33,734 nucleotides of DNA from an uncultured Gammaproteobacteria bacterium (GTDB lineage Bacteria; Patescibacteriota; Microgenomatia; JAMCZE01). The translations under genes and the position numbers were made by a program. Position 1 is the stretch's first letter; each line of letters starts with the position of its first letter. Below the pieces are notes generated by a model, which searched no databases, had not been told where the DNA came from, and was given only the letters and a program-made list of their open reading frames with translations. Where the stretch lies: contig CAYPLU010000002.1 in assembly GCA_964411775.1 (NCBI GenBank), forward strand, positions 1 to 33,734, in the 5' to 3' direction. This document shows positions 1 through 7,130 of this stretch, piece after piece.

Positions 1-25
1 CTCCTCACTCTCTAACATAAAACGT

Positions 26-1345
26 GTGAATATAGATTCTGCCTTTAAACTTTTTGACATCCGCGGCCCTTACCCTGAGGTTGTAAACGAGCGGCTTGCC
101 TTTCTGGTCGGGAAAATTCTTGCCACCTGGAAAAAGCCCAAAAAGGTTTTAATCGCTAATGATAACCGTACTAGTTCCCCTATTCTCAAAGAATTTCTAA
201 TTGACGGCTTTACCAATAGCGAGGTTGAGGTCAAAGATCTTGGCCTTTGCTCTGTCCCCCGTTTCTACTTTTCCGTGGCTACGACTAATGCCGATCTGGG
301 TGTCATGATCACCGCTTCCCACAGCGCCCTAACTGAAAACGGCTTTAAAATTGTTGGTGCTAACGGTTTACCCTTTGACGAAGCTGAAATTAAAGAACTT
401 AAAGACCTCGTCACCAAAACTCAAACTATCCCGGTAGTAACCCAAAAGGGGACTATTCAAAAGATTGACACCACCAAAGACTATGTCGACCGACTTTTAT
501 TGCTCACCTCAAACAATAATTTTTCCGGCAGAGTCAGTATCGACTACAACCAAAGCTCCGCCAAAGACGTCATCCAAAAAGTTCTTGCGGCCAAAAAAAT
601 AGCAGCCCTTGAGGTGACTAACCCTACTTCCGGCAACCCCCTAGACCCCTCCGTTCGTCAAGCCCTTTCCGATCACGTGATAAAAAATGAGACCGCTTGT
701 GGTCTTATTTGGGATAGCGACGGTGACCGGGTAATCTTTGTTGATAGGCGAGGCGAAATAATTTCTCTTTCATTTGTCCTTGGACTCCTCGCCCGCCAGA
801 CAATTAATCTTAACCCCGCCAAAAAAGTGGTTGTCGATGTTCGAGCCGGACTTGTTGTTCGGGATTTAGTCAAAGAGGCCGGAGGACAGCTAGAGGTAGT
901 TCCGGCCTGGTCGCAGTTCATCAAGTTCGCCATGAATGACGATCGAAACATTTGCTTTGGTGGTGAAACTTCTGGCCACTTTATCTTTTCTGACTTTGAC
1001 ATGATTGACGATGGTCTATTGGCCTCCATTCGCTTTCTTGACCTGGTCAATAAACCCGGGTTTGATCTTGAGCTACTTCGTCTCAAGAAAAAATATTTTG
1101 AACTCCCGGAGATCAATTTTCCTTGTTCAAAAGAAAATGCCGCTCTTGTTCTAAATCAGCTGGCCAACTATTATAGAAAGATAGGGTTTTTCGTTTCCGT
1201 CAAAGATGGTGTTACAGTGTTCGGATTTGATTGGAAAATTAACATCCGTCAAAGTGCCACCGAACCCTTACTAAGACTAAATCTCGAAGCCAAAAGTGCG
1301 CTAACCGCACAAAAAATTCTTAACGAGATTGATAAGTTTCTTTAG
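26..1345 (+). CDS. phosphomannomutase/phosphoglucomutase (alpha-D-phosphohexomutase family)
   Basis: 439-aa ORF with GTG start. Phosphoserine loop ITASHSALTENGFK, metal loop WDSDGDR and sugar-binding loop GGETSGH appear in the canonical order. Confidence 0.85.
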   Translation: MNIDSAFKLFDIRGPYPEVVNERLAFLVGKILATWKKPKKVLIANDNRTSSPILKEFLIDGFTNSEVEVKDLGLCSVPRFYFSVATTNADLGVMITASHSALTENGFKIVGANGLPFDEAEIKELKDLVTKTQTIPVVTQKGTIQKIDTTKDYVDRLLLLTSNNNFSGRVSIDYNQSSAKDVIQKVLAAKKIAALEVTNPTSGNPLDPSVRQALSDHVIKNETACGLIWDSDGDRVIFVDRRGEIISLSFVLGLLARQTINLNPAKKVVVDVRAGLVVRDLVKEAGGQLEVVPAWSQFIKFAMNDDRNICFGGETSGHFIFSDFDMIDDGLLASIRFLDLVNKPGFDLELLRLKKKYFELPEINFPCSKENAALVLNQLANYYRKIGFFVSVKDGVTVFGFDWKINIRQSATEPLLRLNLEAKSALTAQKILNEIDKFL

Positions 1346-1357
1346 AAACTGCCCGAA

Positions 1358-3727
1358 ATGACTAATAAAATCGTCGTCTGGTTTGAGGACATTGATAAAA
1401 ATGATGTCGCTATTGTTGGTGGCAAGGGAGCTAACCTTGGCGAAATGACTAGTTTCGGCATGCCCATTCCCCCCGGCTTCATTGTTACTGCGGCCGCTTA
1501 TCGCGCCTTCATCGACGAAAACAAGCTCAAAGAAAAAATCCGGGTCGTTTTGGATCATCTAAATGTCAACGATCCGGTTCAACTCCAAAAAGCCTCCGCC
1601 GAAATTAAAAGACTCATTATCCGTTCTCCCATTCCCGTCGAAATCAGCCGGGAGATCATGTCTTCATACTCCCAACTTTCTAAAAAATTGAAGCGCTCAA
1701 CCAACCGCATGACCCGTTTATTGTCCTCTGTTCATCACCCCGATGTGTCAGTTGCAGTAAGAAGTAGCGCCACCAGCGAGGATTCAAAAGATGCTTCCTT
1801 TGCCGGCCAAAACGAAACTTTTCTAAACATTAAAGGAGATGCTAACGTTGCCGAAGCCGTCCGCCGTTGTTGGGCCTCCCTTTTTGAAGCCCGCTCCATT
1901 TTCTACCGCAAAGAACAACACTTCGACCATTTTTCGTCATACATTGCTGTCGTCGTTCAAGCGATGGTCCAGTCAGATGTTTCCGGCATCATGTTTTCCA
2001 TTGATCCGGTAACTAACAACAAAGCCCGGATCGTCATAGAAACTATCTGGGGTCTTGGCGAGTATATCGTCCAGGGTAAAGTCACCCCGGATCACTATGA
2101 GGTTAACAAAAGCGACTTAATGATTACCGACCGCAAATTTGTCCCTCAAAAAATCATGTTGTCCCGCGATAAAAACGGCACTACGAAAGAACTTTCCGTT
2201 CCAAAATCAAAAATTGCCGCCCGCAAGCTCCCTGACCAGCAAATTATCCAGTTAGCCTCCCTAAGTCAAAAGCTGGAAAAACACTACTATTTTCCTCAAG
2301 ACAGTGAGTTCGCTATCTCAGGCAAAGACATTTACCTTGTTCAAACGCGCCCCATAACCACAACACGAACCTCTGACCCCCATAAAACACCTGAGTTTAT
2401 CGCCGTTGCCCAAAAAAGCGAAAGCGTGATGGAACTTCTCGTTGTTGGCGCGCCGGCTAGTCCCGGTATCCAAACCGGCCCGGTTAAAATTCTCAAAAGT
2501 GCTAAGGAAATTGACCGCATTTTGCCTGGTGATATTCTTGTTGCCGAGCAAACCAACCCCGACTACGTCCCGGCTATGAAAAAAGCCTCAGCGATCGTAA
2601 CTGACAAGGGTGGTCGAACCAGTCACGCGGCTATTGTCTCCCGGGAACTTGGCATTCCCTGCATTGTTGGTACTGACAATGCCACCCGCAAGCTAAAAGA
2701 CGGTCAGGTGGTTACAATCGATGGCTCTCAAGGCAAAGTTTTCCTGGGTGCCCCCAAAATTGACAAAAAGTTTGAAGTAGCGTTGGAAGTGCAGCTTGAA
2801 AAAGAACAAATTCGCGGTTCTGCGTTGGCAGAACCGAAAAAAACCGCCACCAAAGTCTACGTAAATCTGGCCGAGCCAGAAAAGGCAGCCCAAATTGCTG
2901 CTCAAAATTGTGACGGCGTTGGTCTTTTACGCGCTGAGTTTATGTTGGCCGGCATCGGCATTCACCCAAAAAAGATTATCGAAGAGCGGAAACAGCGCGT
3001 CTATATTGACACGCTTGCCAACCAAATCGAAACCTTCGCCAAAGCCTTCTATCCTCGTCCGGTAGTCTACCGAGCTACCGATTTCAAAACCAATGAATAT
3101 CGCAGCCTCCGGGGCGGGGACAAATATGAACTTCACGAGGAAAACCCCATGATTGGCTATCGGGGCGCTTTTCGTTATGTAACAGACCCCGATGTGTTTG
3201 CCATGGAAATTGCCGCCTTAAAACGGGTTCGGGAAGAAAAAGGTTTCAATAACCTCTGGCTCATGATTCCCTTTTGCCGCACCGTTTCAGAACTTGAAAA
3301 GGTCAAAGGGTTGCTCTCAAAATTCGGTCTCCGCCGCAGCGAAACTTTCAAACTGTGGCTCATGTGTGAGATCCCTAGTAACGTCATTCTCTTAGACAAG
3401 TTTCTTGAGACGGGAATTGACGGTATTTCTGTTGGATCAAACGACCTAACCATGCTTACCCTTGGCGTTGACCGGGACAACGAGACCGTCGCTAGTGAAT
3501 ATGACGAGCGAAACGAAGCCGTCATGTGGAGTTTTGAGCGCATCATCAAAATCTGTAAAAAATATGGCGTCACTTGTTCCATGTGCGGCCAGGCACCAAG
3601 TGATTATCCAGATCTAACAGAAAAGCTGGTTGAGATGGGAATTACCTCCGTCTCAGTCAACCCCGATGTCATCAATCGCACCCGAGAAATTGTCTACGAA
3701 GCGGAAAAGAAACTGACCTCAAAATAA
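1358..3727 (+). CDS. ppsA: phosphoenolpyruvate synthase (pyruvate, water dikinase)
   Basis: 789 aa. N-terminal ATP-grasp start VGGKGANLGEM, phosphohistidine swivel motif GGRTSHAAIVSRELGIPCIVG, and C-terminal PEP-utilizer TIM barrel with GISVGSNDLT. Confidence 0.9.
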   Translation: MTNKIVVWFEDIDKNDVAIVGGKGANLGEMTSFGMPIPPGFIVTAAAYRAFIDENKLKEKIRVVLDHLNVNDPVQLQKASAEIKRLIIRSPIPVEISREIMSSYSQLSKKLKRSTNRMTRLLSSVHHPDVSVAVRSSATSEDSKDASFAGQNETFLNIKGDANVAEAVRRCWASLFEARSIFYRKEQHFDHFSSYIAVVVQAMVQSDVSGIMFSIDPVTNNKARIVIETIWGLGEYIVQGKVTPDHYEVNKSDLMITDRKFVPQKIMLSRDKNGTTKELSVPKSKIAARKLPDQQIIQLASLSQKLEKHYYFPQDSEFAISGKDIYLVQTRPITTTRTSDPHKTPEFIAVAQKSESVMELLVVGAPASPGIQTGPVKILKSAKEIDRILPGDILVAEQTNPDYVPAMKKASAIVTDKGGRTSHAAIVSRELGIPCIVGTDNATRKLKDGQVVTIDGSQGKVFLGAPKIDKKFEVALEVQLEKEQIRGSALAEPKKTATKVYVNLAEPEKAAQIAAQNCDGVGLLRAEFMLAGIGIHPKKIIEERKQRVYIDTLANQIETFAKAFYPRPVVYRATDFKTNEYRSLRGGDKYELHEENPMIGYRGAFRYVTDPDVFAMEIAALKRVREEKGFNNLWLMIPFCRTVSELEKVKGLLSKFGLRRSETFKLWLMCEIPSNVILLDKFLETGIDGISVGSNDLTMLTLGVDRDNETVASEYDERNEAVMWSFERIIKICKKYGVTCSMCGQAPSDYPDLTEKLVEMGITSVSVNPDVINRTREIVYEAEKKLTSK

Positions 3728-3743
3728 CGGCTTCTCTAGAAGT

Positions 3744-4532
3744 CTAATCTTTCTTCTGGTCTCGCAAATAATACTTACCCCCGCGCATCGGATAAATTAA
3801 ATCAGTATCCACCTCCTTTTGGTCTAAGAGAATGTGCCGAAGAACAGTTGGTGCCGTTTTAAGGGCCACTTGTAAAAGTCCCTCTGATTTCATTCGCCGC
3901 AGCGAGTATACATACTCCGGATCCTGAAAATAAGCAAAATCCACCCCGCGAGCTACCAATCGTCTCTGAAAATCAACATCCTCAAGAAAAGACATTTTTT
4001 CATCAAACCCACCAACGGCGTTAAATGCTTTATCGTGGGCAAATAGACATGCTCCAAACGACATTGGTTGTCCTAAAAGTGCCGCCTGGCGGAAAACATA
4101 ATTCAAAATTGTAAAAACGACTTTATCTTTCGTTTCCTCCGATCCGGCCACAAACGCTACCGACCCCGCTTTGGCCTCGGTGTTCATGATGTGATAGTGC
4201 ACCCCTTCGAGAAAAATCTTTGATATACGAACGTCAGCGTCAAAGAAGATGAAATATTCCCCTGATGTTTTCTTTGCTCCAAAGTTTCGCTGTGCCGACA
4301 CACCCCCTTTTTCGGCCAAAAGATATTTAATCTGTGGGTTCTTCTTTGAAAAACTCTCAACAATTTTTTTCAATCCATCTTTTGAGTTTGGTGAGTCAAC
4401 TACCGTGCAGGAAAAGTTTATAAATGTCTGGTTTAACAGGTCGGTCAAAATTCCCGCAATCACGCTCTCTTCGTTAAGAGCGGGAATTATAATCGAAAAA
4501 AACGGCTTCCCGGTCCTAAAGAAATTCAACAT
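3744..4532 (-). CDS. family 2 glycosyltransferase
   Basis: 262 aa. Typical GT2 N-terminus FSIIIPALNEE, a DxD-like FFDADV and a later FLEDVDF segment. Confidence 0.8.
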   Translation of the reverse strand: MLNFFRTGKPFFSIIIPALNEESVIAGILTDLLNQTFINFSCTVVDSPNSKDGLKKIVESFSKKNPQIKYLLAEKGGVSAQRNFGAKKTSGEYFIFFDADVRISKIFLEGVHYHIMNTEAKAGSVAFVAGSEETKDKVVFTILNYVFRQAALLGQPMSFGACLFAHDKAFNAVGGFDEKMSFLEDVDFQRRLVARGVDFAYFQDPEYVYSLRRMKSEGLLQVALKTAPTVLRHILLDQKEVDTDLIYPMRGGKYYLRDQKKD

Positions 4533-4536
4533 TACT

Positions 4537-5220
4537 TTATTCTACATGATTTTCTGGGTGAAGAAGAACCACAAACTCTCCCATTGGCTTCAAAAATTTT
4601 TCCTTTGTCTCCGAAATTTTTCCCCGCCAAACCTCCTCATGCATTTTTGTCAGTTCCCGCGCAATAACAATCTTTGCGTCACCAAAGGCTTTTTTTACAG
4701 CTTCCAAATCTCGTATCAATTTGTAAGGCGATGAGTAAAAAATTATCGTCGCGGGGATTAATGTCGTTGCGGTTTTCAATCCAAAAAACAATTTCTCCCG
4801 ATGGGAAACTCTCTCTGGCGGGAAGCCGACAAAGATAAATTTATCCGGTGGTAGTCCCGAAACGGTGAGTGCCGTTACAACAGCCGAGGTACCAGGAATT
4901 GCTTCAACTTTGACACCGTGTTCAATTGCCGTTCGAACGAGTTTATACCCGGGATCAGAGATGAGGGGAGTTCCGGCATCAGAAACCAGAGCCACGTTTC
5001 GGTTTGCCAAAAGGTGTGATAAAACCTCGAGCGTTTTCCCGGCTTCCACTTCATCATAAAACGGCACCAATTTCTTTCCGGTAACGTTGTGTTTTTGGAG
5101 AAGGTTTGCGGTGTGTCTTGTATCCTCGCAAAGAATTATCTCAGCTTCAGACAAAATTCTAATCGCTCGAAGAGTAATGTCCTCAAGATTTCCGATTGGG
5201 GTTGAGACCAGGTAAAGCAT
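4537..5220 (-). CDS. rsmI: 16S rRNA (cytidine1402-2'-O)-methyltransferase RsmI
   Basis: N-terminus MLYLVSTPIGNLEDITLRAIRIL plus the tetrapyrrole-methylase-like fold signature SDAGTPLISDPG. I prefer the ATG at 5220 over the TTG at 5226. Confidence 0.85.
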   Translation of the reverse strand: MLYLVSTPIGNLEDITLRAIRILSEAEIILCEDTRHTANLLQKHNVTGKKLVPFYDEVEAGKTLEVLSHLLANRNVALVSDAGTPLISDPGYKLVRTAIEHGVKVEAIPGTSAVVTALTVSGLPPDKFIFVGFPPERVSHREKLFFGLKTATTLIPATIIFYSSPYKLIRDLEAVKKAFGDAKIVIARELTKMHEEVWRGKISETKEKFLKPMGEFVVLLHPENHVE

Positions 5221-5860
5221 AAACAAAATTAACCAGAGCTGTCTTTAAATGTGCTCTGGTTTCAGAATCAGACAGGGCATGCCACACACCCGGAAGAACC
5301 GAAGCAACAACAATGATTATAATTATTGGTAAAAGATATTTATCTGCGCTTGGAATCATCCGTCCCAAAAAATACCCTCCCAATGTTAATCCCGCGCCCC
5401 AAACCAGACCACCAAAAACATTATACGAAAGAAATTGTCGATAAGTCATATCTGCCGCCCCGGCGACAATCGGCGCAAAAGTACGTACCGCCGGTATAAA
5501 TCTCGCCAAAAAAATTGTTTTGCCGCCATGTTTTTCGTAAAATTTATGGGCCTCAACTAAATACTTTTTCTTGAAAAGGCGTGAATCTTCTTTTACAACA
5601 AACAACTTCTTTCCCACTTTTTTCCCAAACCAATAACCAACACTGTCGCCAAGGATTGCTGCCGTAGCCATAAGAAATGTCAAAATGGCAATGTTAAAAA
5701 AACCTTGTGAAGCTAAAAAACCGGCCGTGAATAAAAGACTGTCGCCGGGAAGAAAAAAACCAAAAAAAAGTCCCGATTCAGCAAAAATAATCGCTGTTAA
5801 CAAAACATACCCGGCCGTTGGTCCAAAAGCATAAATCAACTCCGTAAGGTTAAAGTGCAT
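5183..5860 (-). CDS. DedA-family inner membrane protein
   Basis: DedA signature FAESGLFFGFFLPGDSLLFTAGFLA and FLARFIPAVRTFAPIVAG, with several TM helices. The track ORF runs to 6061, but the ATG at 5860 (MHFNLTEL...) gives the normal ~225-aa length. The 3' end overlaps the rsmI start by 38 nt. Confidence 0.8.
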   Translation of the reverse strand: MHFNLTELIYAFGPTAGYVLLTAIIFAESGLFFGFFLPGDSLLFTAGFLASQGFFNIAILTFLMATAAILGDSVGYWFGKKVGKKLFVVKEDSRLFKKKYLVEAHKFYEKHGGKTIFLARFIPAVRTFAPIVAGAADMTYRQFLSYNVFGGLVWGAGLTLGGYFLGRMIPSADKYLLPIIIIIVVASVLPGVWHALSDSETRAHLKTALVNFVYALPGLNPNRKS

Positions 5861-5867
5861 GACTTGA

Positions 5868-5895
5868 AGTATAACAAACCCGGTATCACCGTAAA
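5868..5895 (-). promoter_or_regulatory. putative sigma70-type promoter of the DedA gene (TTTACG-N16-TATACT)
   Basis: The minus strand reads TTTACG gtgataccgggtttgt TATACT tcaagtc ATG. The -10 hexamer ends 7 nt before the start codon, implying a leaderless or very short-leader mRNA. Confidence 0.35.
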
Positions 5896-5905
5896 AGGAG
5901 AAGGA
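5889..5905. repeat. 17-nt direct repeat, copy 1 (CCGTAAAAGGAGaAGGA)
   Basis: Matches 6160-6176 at 16 of 17 positions. Overlaps the predicted -35 of the DedA promoter on the opposite strand. Confidence 0.8.
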
Positions 5906-6149
5906 GTATACTCGCCATAAATTCATGACTCCACACGAAACAGTTTTTGAAGGAATTTTTTTCCGATCGCCGTACGAAATTTTCAGGGCATTCAAGAAGG
6001 CTATTTCAGTGACTAAACATCCTCCTGAGGCAATTACTCCGCCTGATCTATCCAGAAACATGAATCTCAGTAGCCACGTTCAAACGGACACTAAACCAGT
6101 AAACACAAACAATAAACAATGATATACTTCAAAAGTTAATTATTTTAAT

Positions 6150-6420
6150 ATGCTTATGGCCGTAAAAGGAGCAGGATTAGATAACCCCCACGAACCCCAA
6201 ATACCGTTAACAATTATTCCCGGCCTGCAAAATGAACTTTTTGATGTGGATGCCGCCCTTGTAGAAACACCAAATCCAGACAGGCAACCAAGACTTCCTG
6301 GACTTTGCGACGGTCTACTAAGCTTGTTTACACCCGACGGGGAAATCGAAACCGCTTTTCCCGACTCCCATCAACGGACTTTTATTACCCATGGAGCCGC
6401 AACCGCTCCTCATGGAAGCT
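6150..6420. ncRNA. candidate structured non-coding RNA or decayed RNA-gene fragment; class and strand unresolved
   Basis: A GC-enriched island sits inside the only large gene-free gap (5861-6428). Hairpins at 6389-6415 (9 bp) and 6338-6363 (8 bp). GGACTTT occurs twice. 6168-6187 resembles the universal 16S segment GGAGCAAACAGGATTAGATACCC. The only ORF (90 aa, Pro/Gly-rich) looks non-genic. Confidence 0.25.
6160..6176. repeat. 17-nt direct repeat, copy 2 (CCGTAAAAGGAGcAGGA)
   Basis: Matches 5889-5905 at 16 of 17 positions. Lies at the left edge of the GC-enriched island. Confidence 0.8.
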
Positions 6421-6428
6421 AGAAGAGG

Positions 6429-7061
6429 TTAAATATATTTCCGGATTAGGGCGACCATTTTGCCTTGTACCTGAACATCGGTAGCGTAGATCGGCTGCAT
6501 TTTTGCATTAGCCGGCACCAGTTTCACCCGGTTTGCTTCGCGATAAATTCTTTTAAGAGTCGCAAGCCCACTATCAATTAAGGCTACCACAATGTCTCCG
6601 TCATGGATCTGCTCATCTTTAACCAAAACCACATAATCTCCCGGCTGGATGTTATCCTCAATCATCGAGTTGCCCTTCACCTGAAGAACAAACGCCGTCT
6701 TGTTTTTCGGCACCAAATTAGCCGCCACCTTAAAAGTGGCGTTTGGATCGTCATAAGCTGTCAAGGGCTGGCCGGCATGAATGTATCCTAACAACGGCAA
6801 ATCCATCTCAATGACCGGATCAAGATCAACTTTCATCCCCTCCAACTCCTGAACCACCGTAATTCCCCGAACTTCATTGTCGCTTTTTTTAATGACGCCT
6901 TTTTTTTCTAAGATTCGCAGGTGTTCATGAATGGTCGCCGGAGAGGACAATCCCATTGCTTTGGCAATCTCCATAAGCGTTGGAGAATATCCATACTTCT
7001 TGATAAAATTCTGGATGAATTCCAAAATTTGTCGCTGGCGTTTATAGAGAACAACTGGCAT
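6429..7061 (-). CDS. lexA: LexA repressor (SOS transcriptional repressor, S24 peptidase)
   Basis: 210 aa. N-terminal winged HTH (GYSPTLMEIAKAMGLSSPATIHEHLRILEKKGVI), Ala-Gly cleavage site in IHAGQP, catalytic Ser in KGNSM and Lys in LATLKRI. Divergent from uvrB. Confidence 0.9.
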   Translation of the reverse strand: MPVVLYKRQRQILEFIQNFIKKYGYSPTLMEIAKAMGLSSPATIHEHLRILEKKGVIKKSDNEVRGITVVQELEGMKVDLDPVIEMDLPLLGYIHAGQPLTAYDDPNATFKVAANLVPKNKTAFVLQVKGNSMIEDNIQPGDYVVLVKDEQIHDGDIVVALIDSGLATLKRIYREANRVKLVPANAKMQPIYATDVQVQGKMVALIRKYI

Positions 7062-7072
7062 AATTAACCCCT

Positions 7073-7101
7073 AAGATAGACGAAAAAAACACCCATGTCA
7101 A
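7073..7101 (-). promoter_or_regulatory. putative lexA promoter (TTGACA-N17-TATCTT)
   Basis: The minus strand reads TTGACA tgggtgtttttttcgtc TATCTT aggggttaatt ATG, a perfect -35 with 17-nt spacing. The LexA operator is expected to overlap this region but was not identified. Confidence 0.45.
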
Positions 7102-7130
7102 CTGAACAAAAATAGAAAAAACTATATCAA

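Noticed and set aside
5861-6061. 67-codon N-terminal extension of the DedA ORF (track start at 6061)
   Set aside because: The DedA family core begins right after the ATG at 5860. The extension has no TM or signal character, and a TTTACG-N16-TATACT promoter lies inside it.
6150-6420. Assignment of the island to RNase P RNA, tmRNA, SRP RNA or a TPP riboswitch
   Set aside because: Only partial look-alikes exist.
- RNase P: AAAGTCC twice on the minus strand (CR-I-like).
- tmRNA: GGTTTCGATTTCCCC (5'-end-like).
- TPP riboswitch: CCTGTCTGGATTTGG (P4/P5-like).
The partner elements are absent or on the wrong strand: the P4 3' strand ACAGAANCCGGCTTA, a T-arm plus CCA-proximal acceptor, CUGAGA with a P2/P3 arrangement, and the SRP GGAA tetraloop helix. 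I cannot call a family by eye.
6150-6422. 90-aa ORF (+) as a real protein-coding gene
   Set aside because: The product is Pro/Gly/Thr-rich and unlike the Lys/Ile/Leu-rich proteins of the rest of the window. There is no start codon at proper spacing from the nearby AAAGGAG, and I recognise no motif. The ORF coincides with a hairpin-rich, GC-enriched island, so it was treated as an RNA or relic candidate instead.
7062-7130. Canonical SOS boxes (CTGT-N8-ACAG; CGAAC-N4-GTTCG) in the lexA/uvrB spacer
   Set aside because: Neither consensus is present. Only weak partial palindromes were found, and these are reported as hypotheses rather than features.
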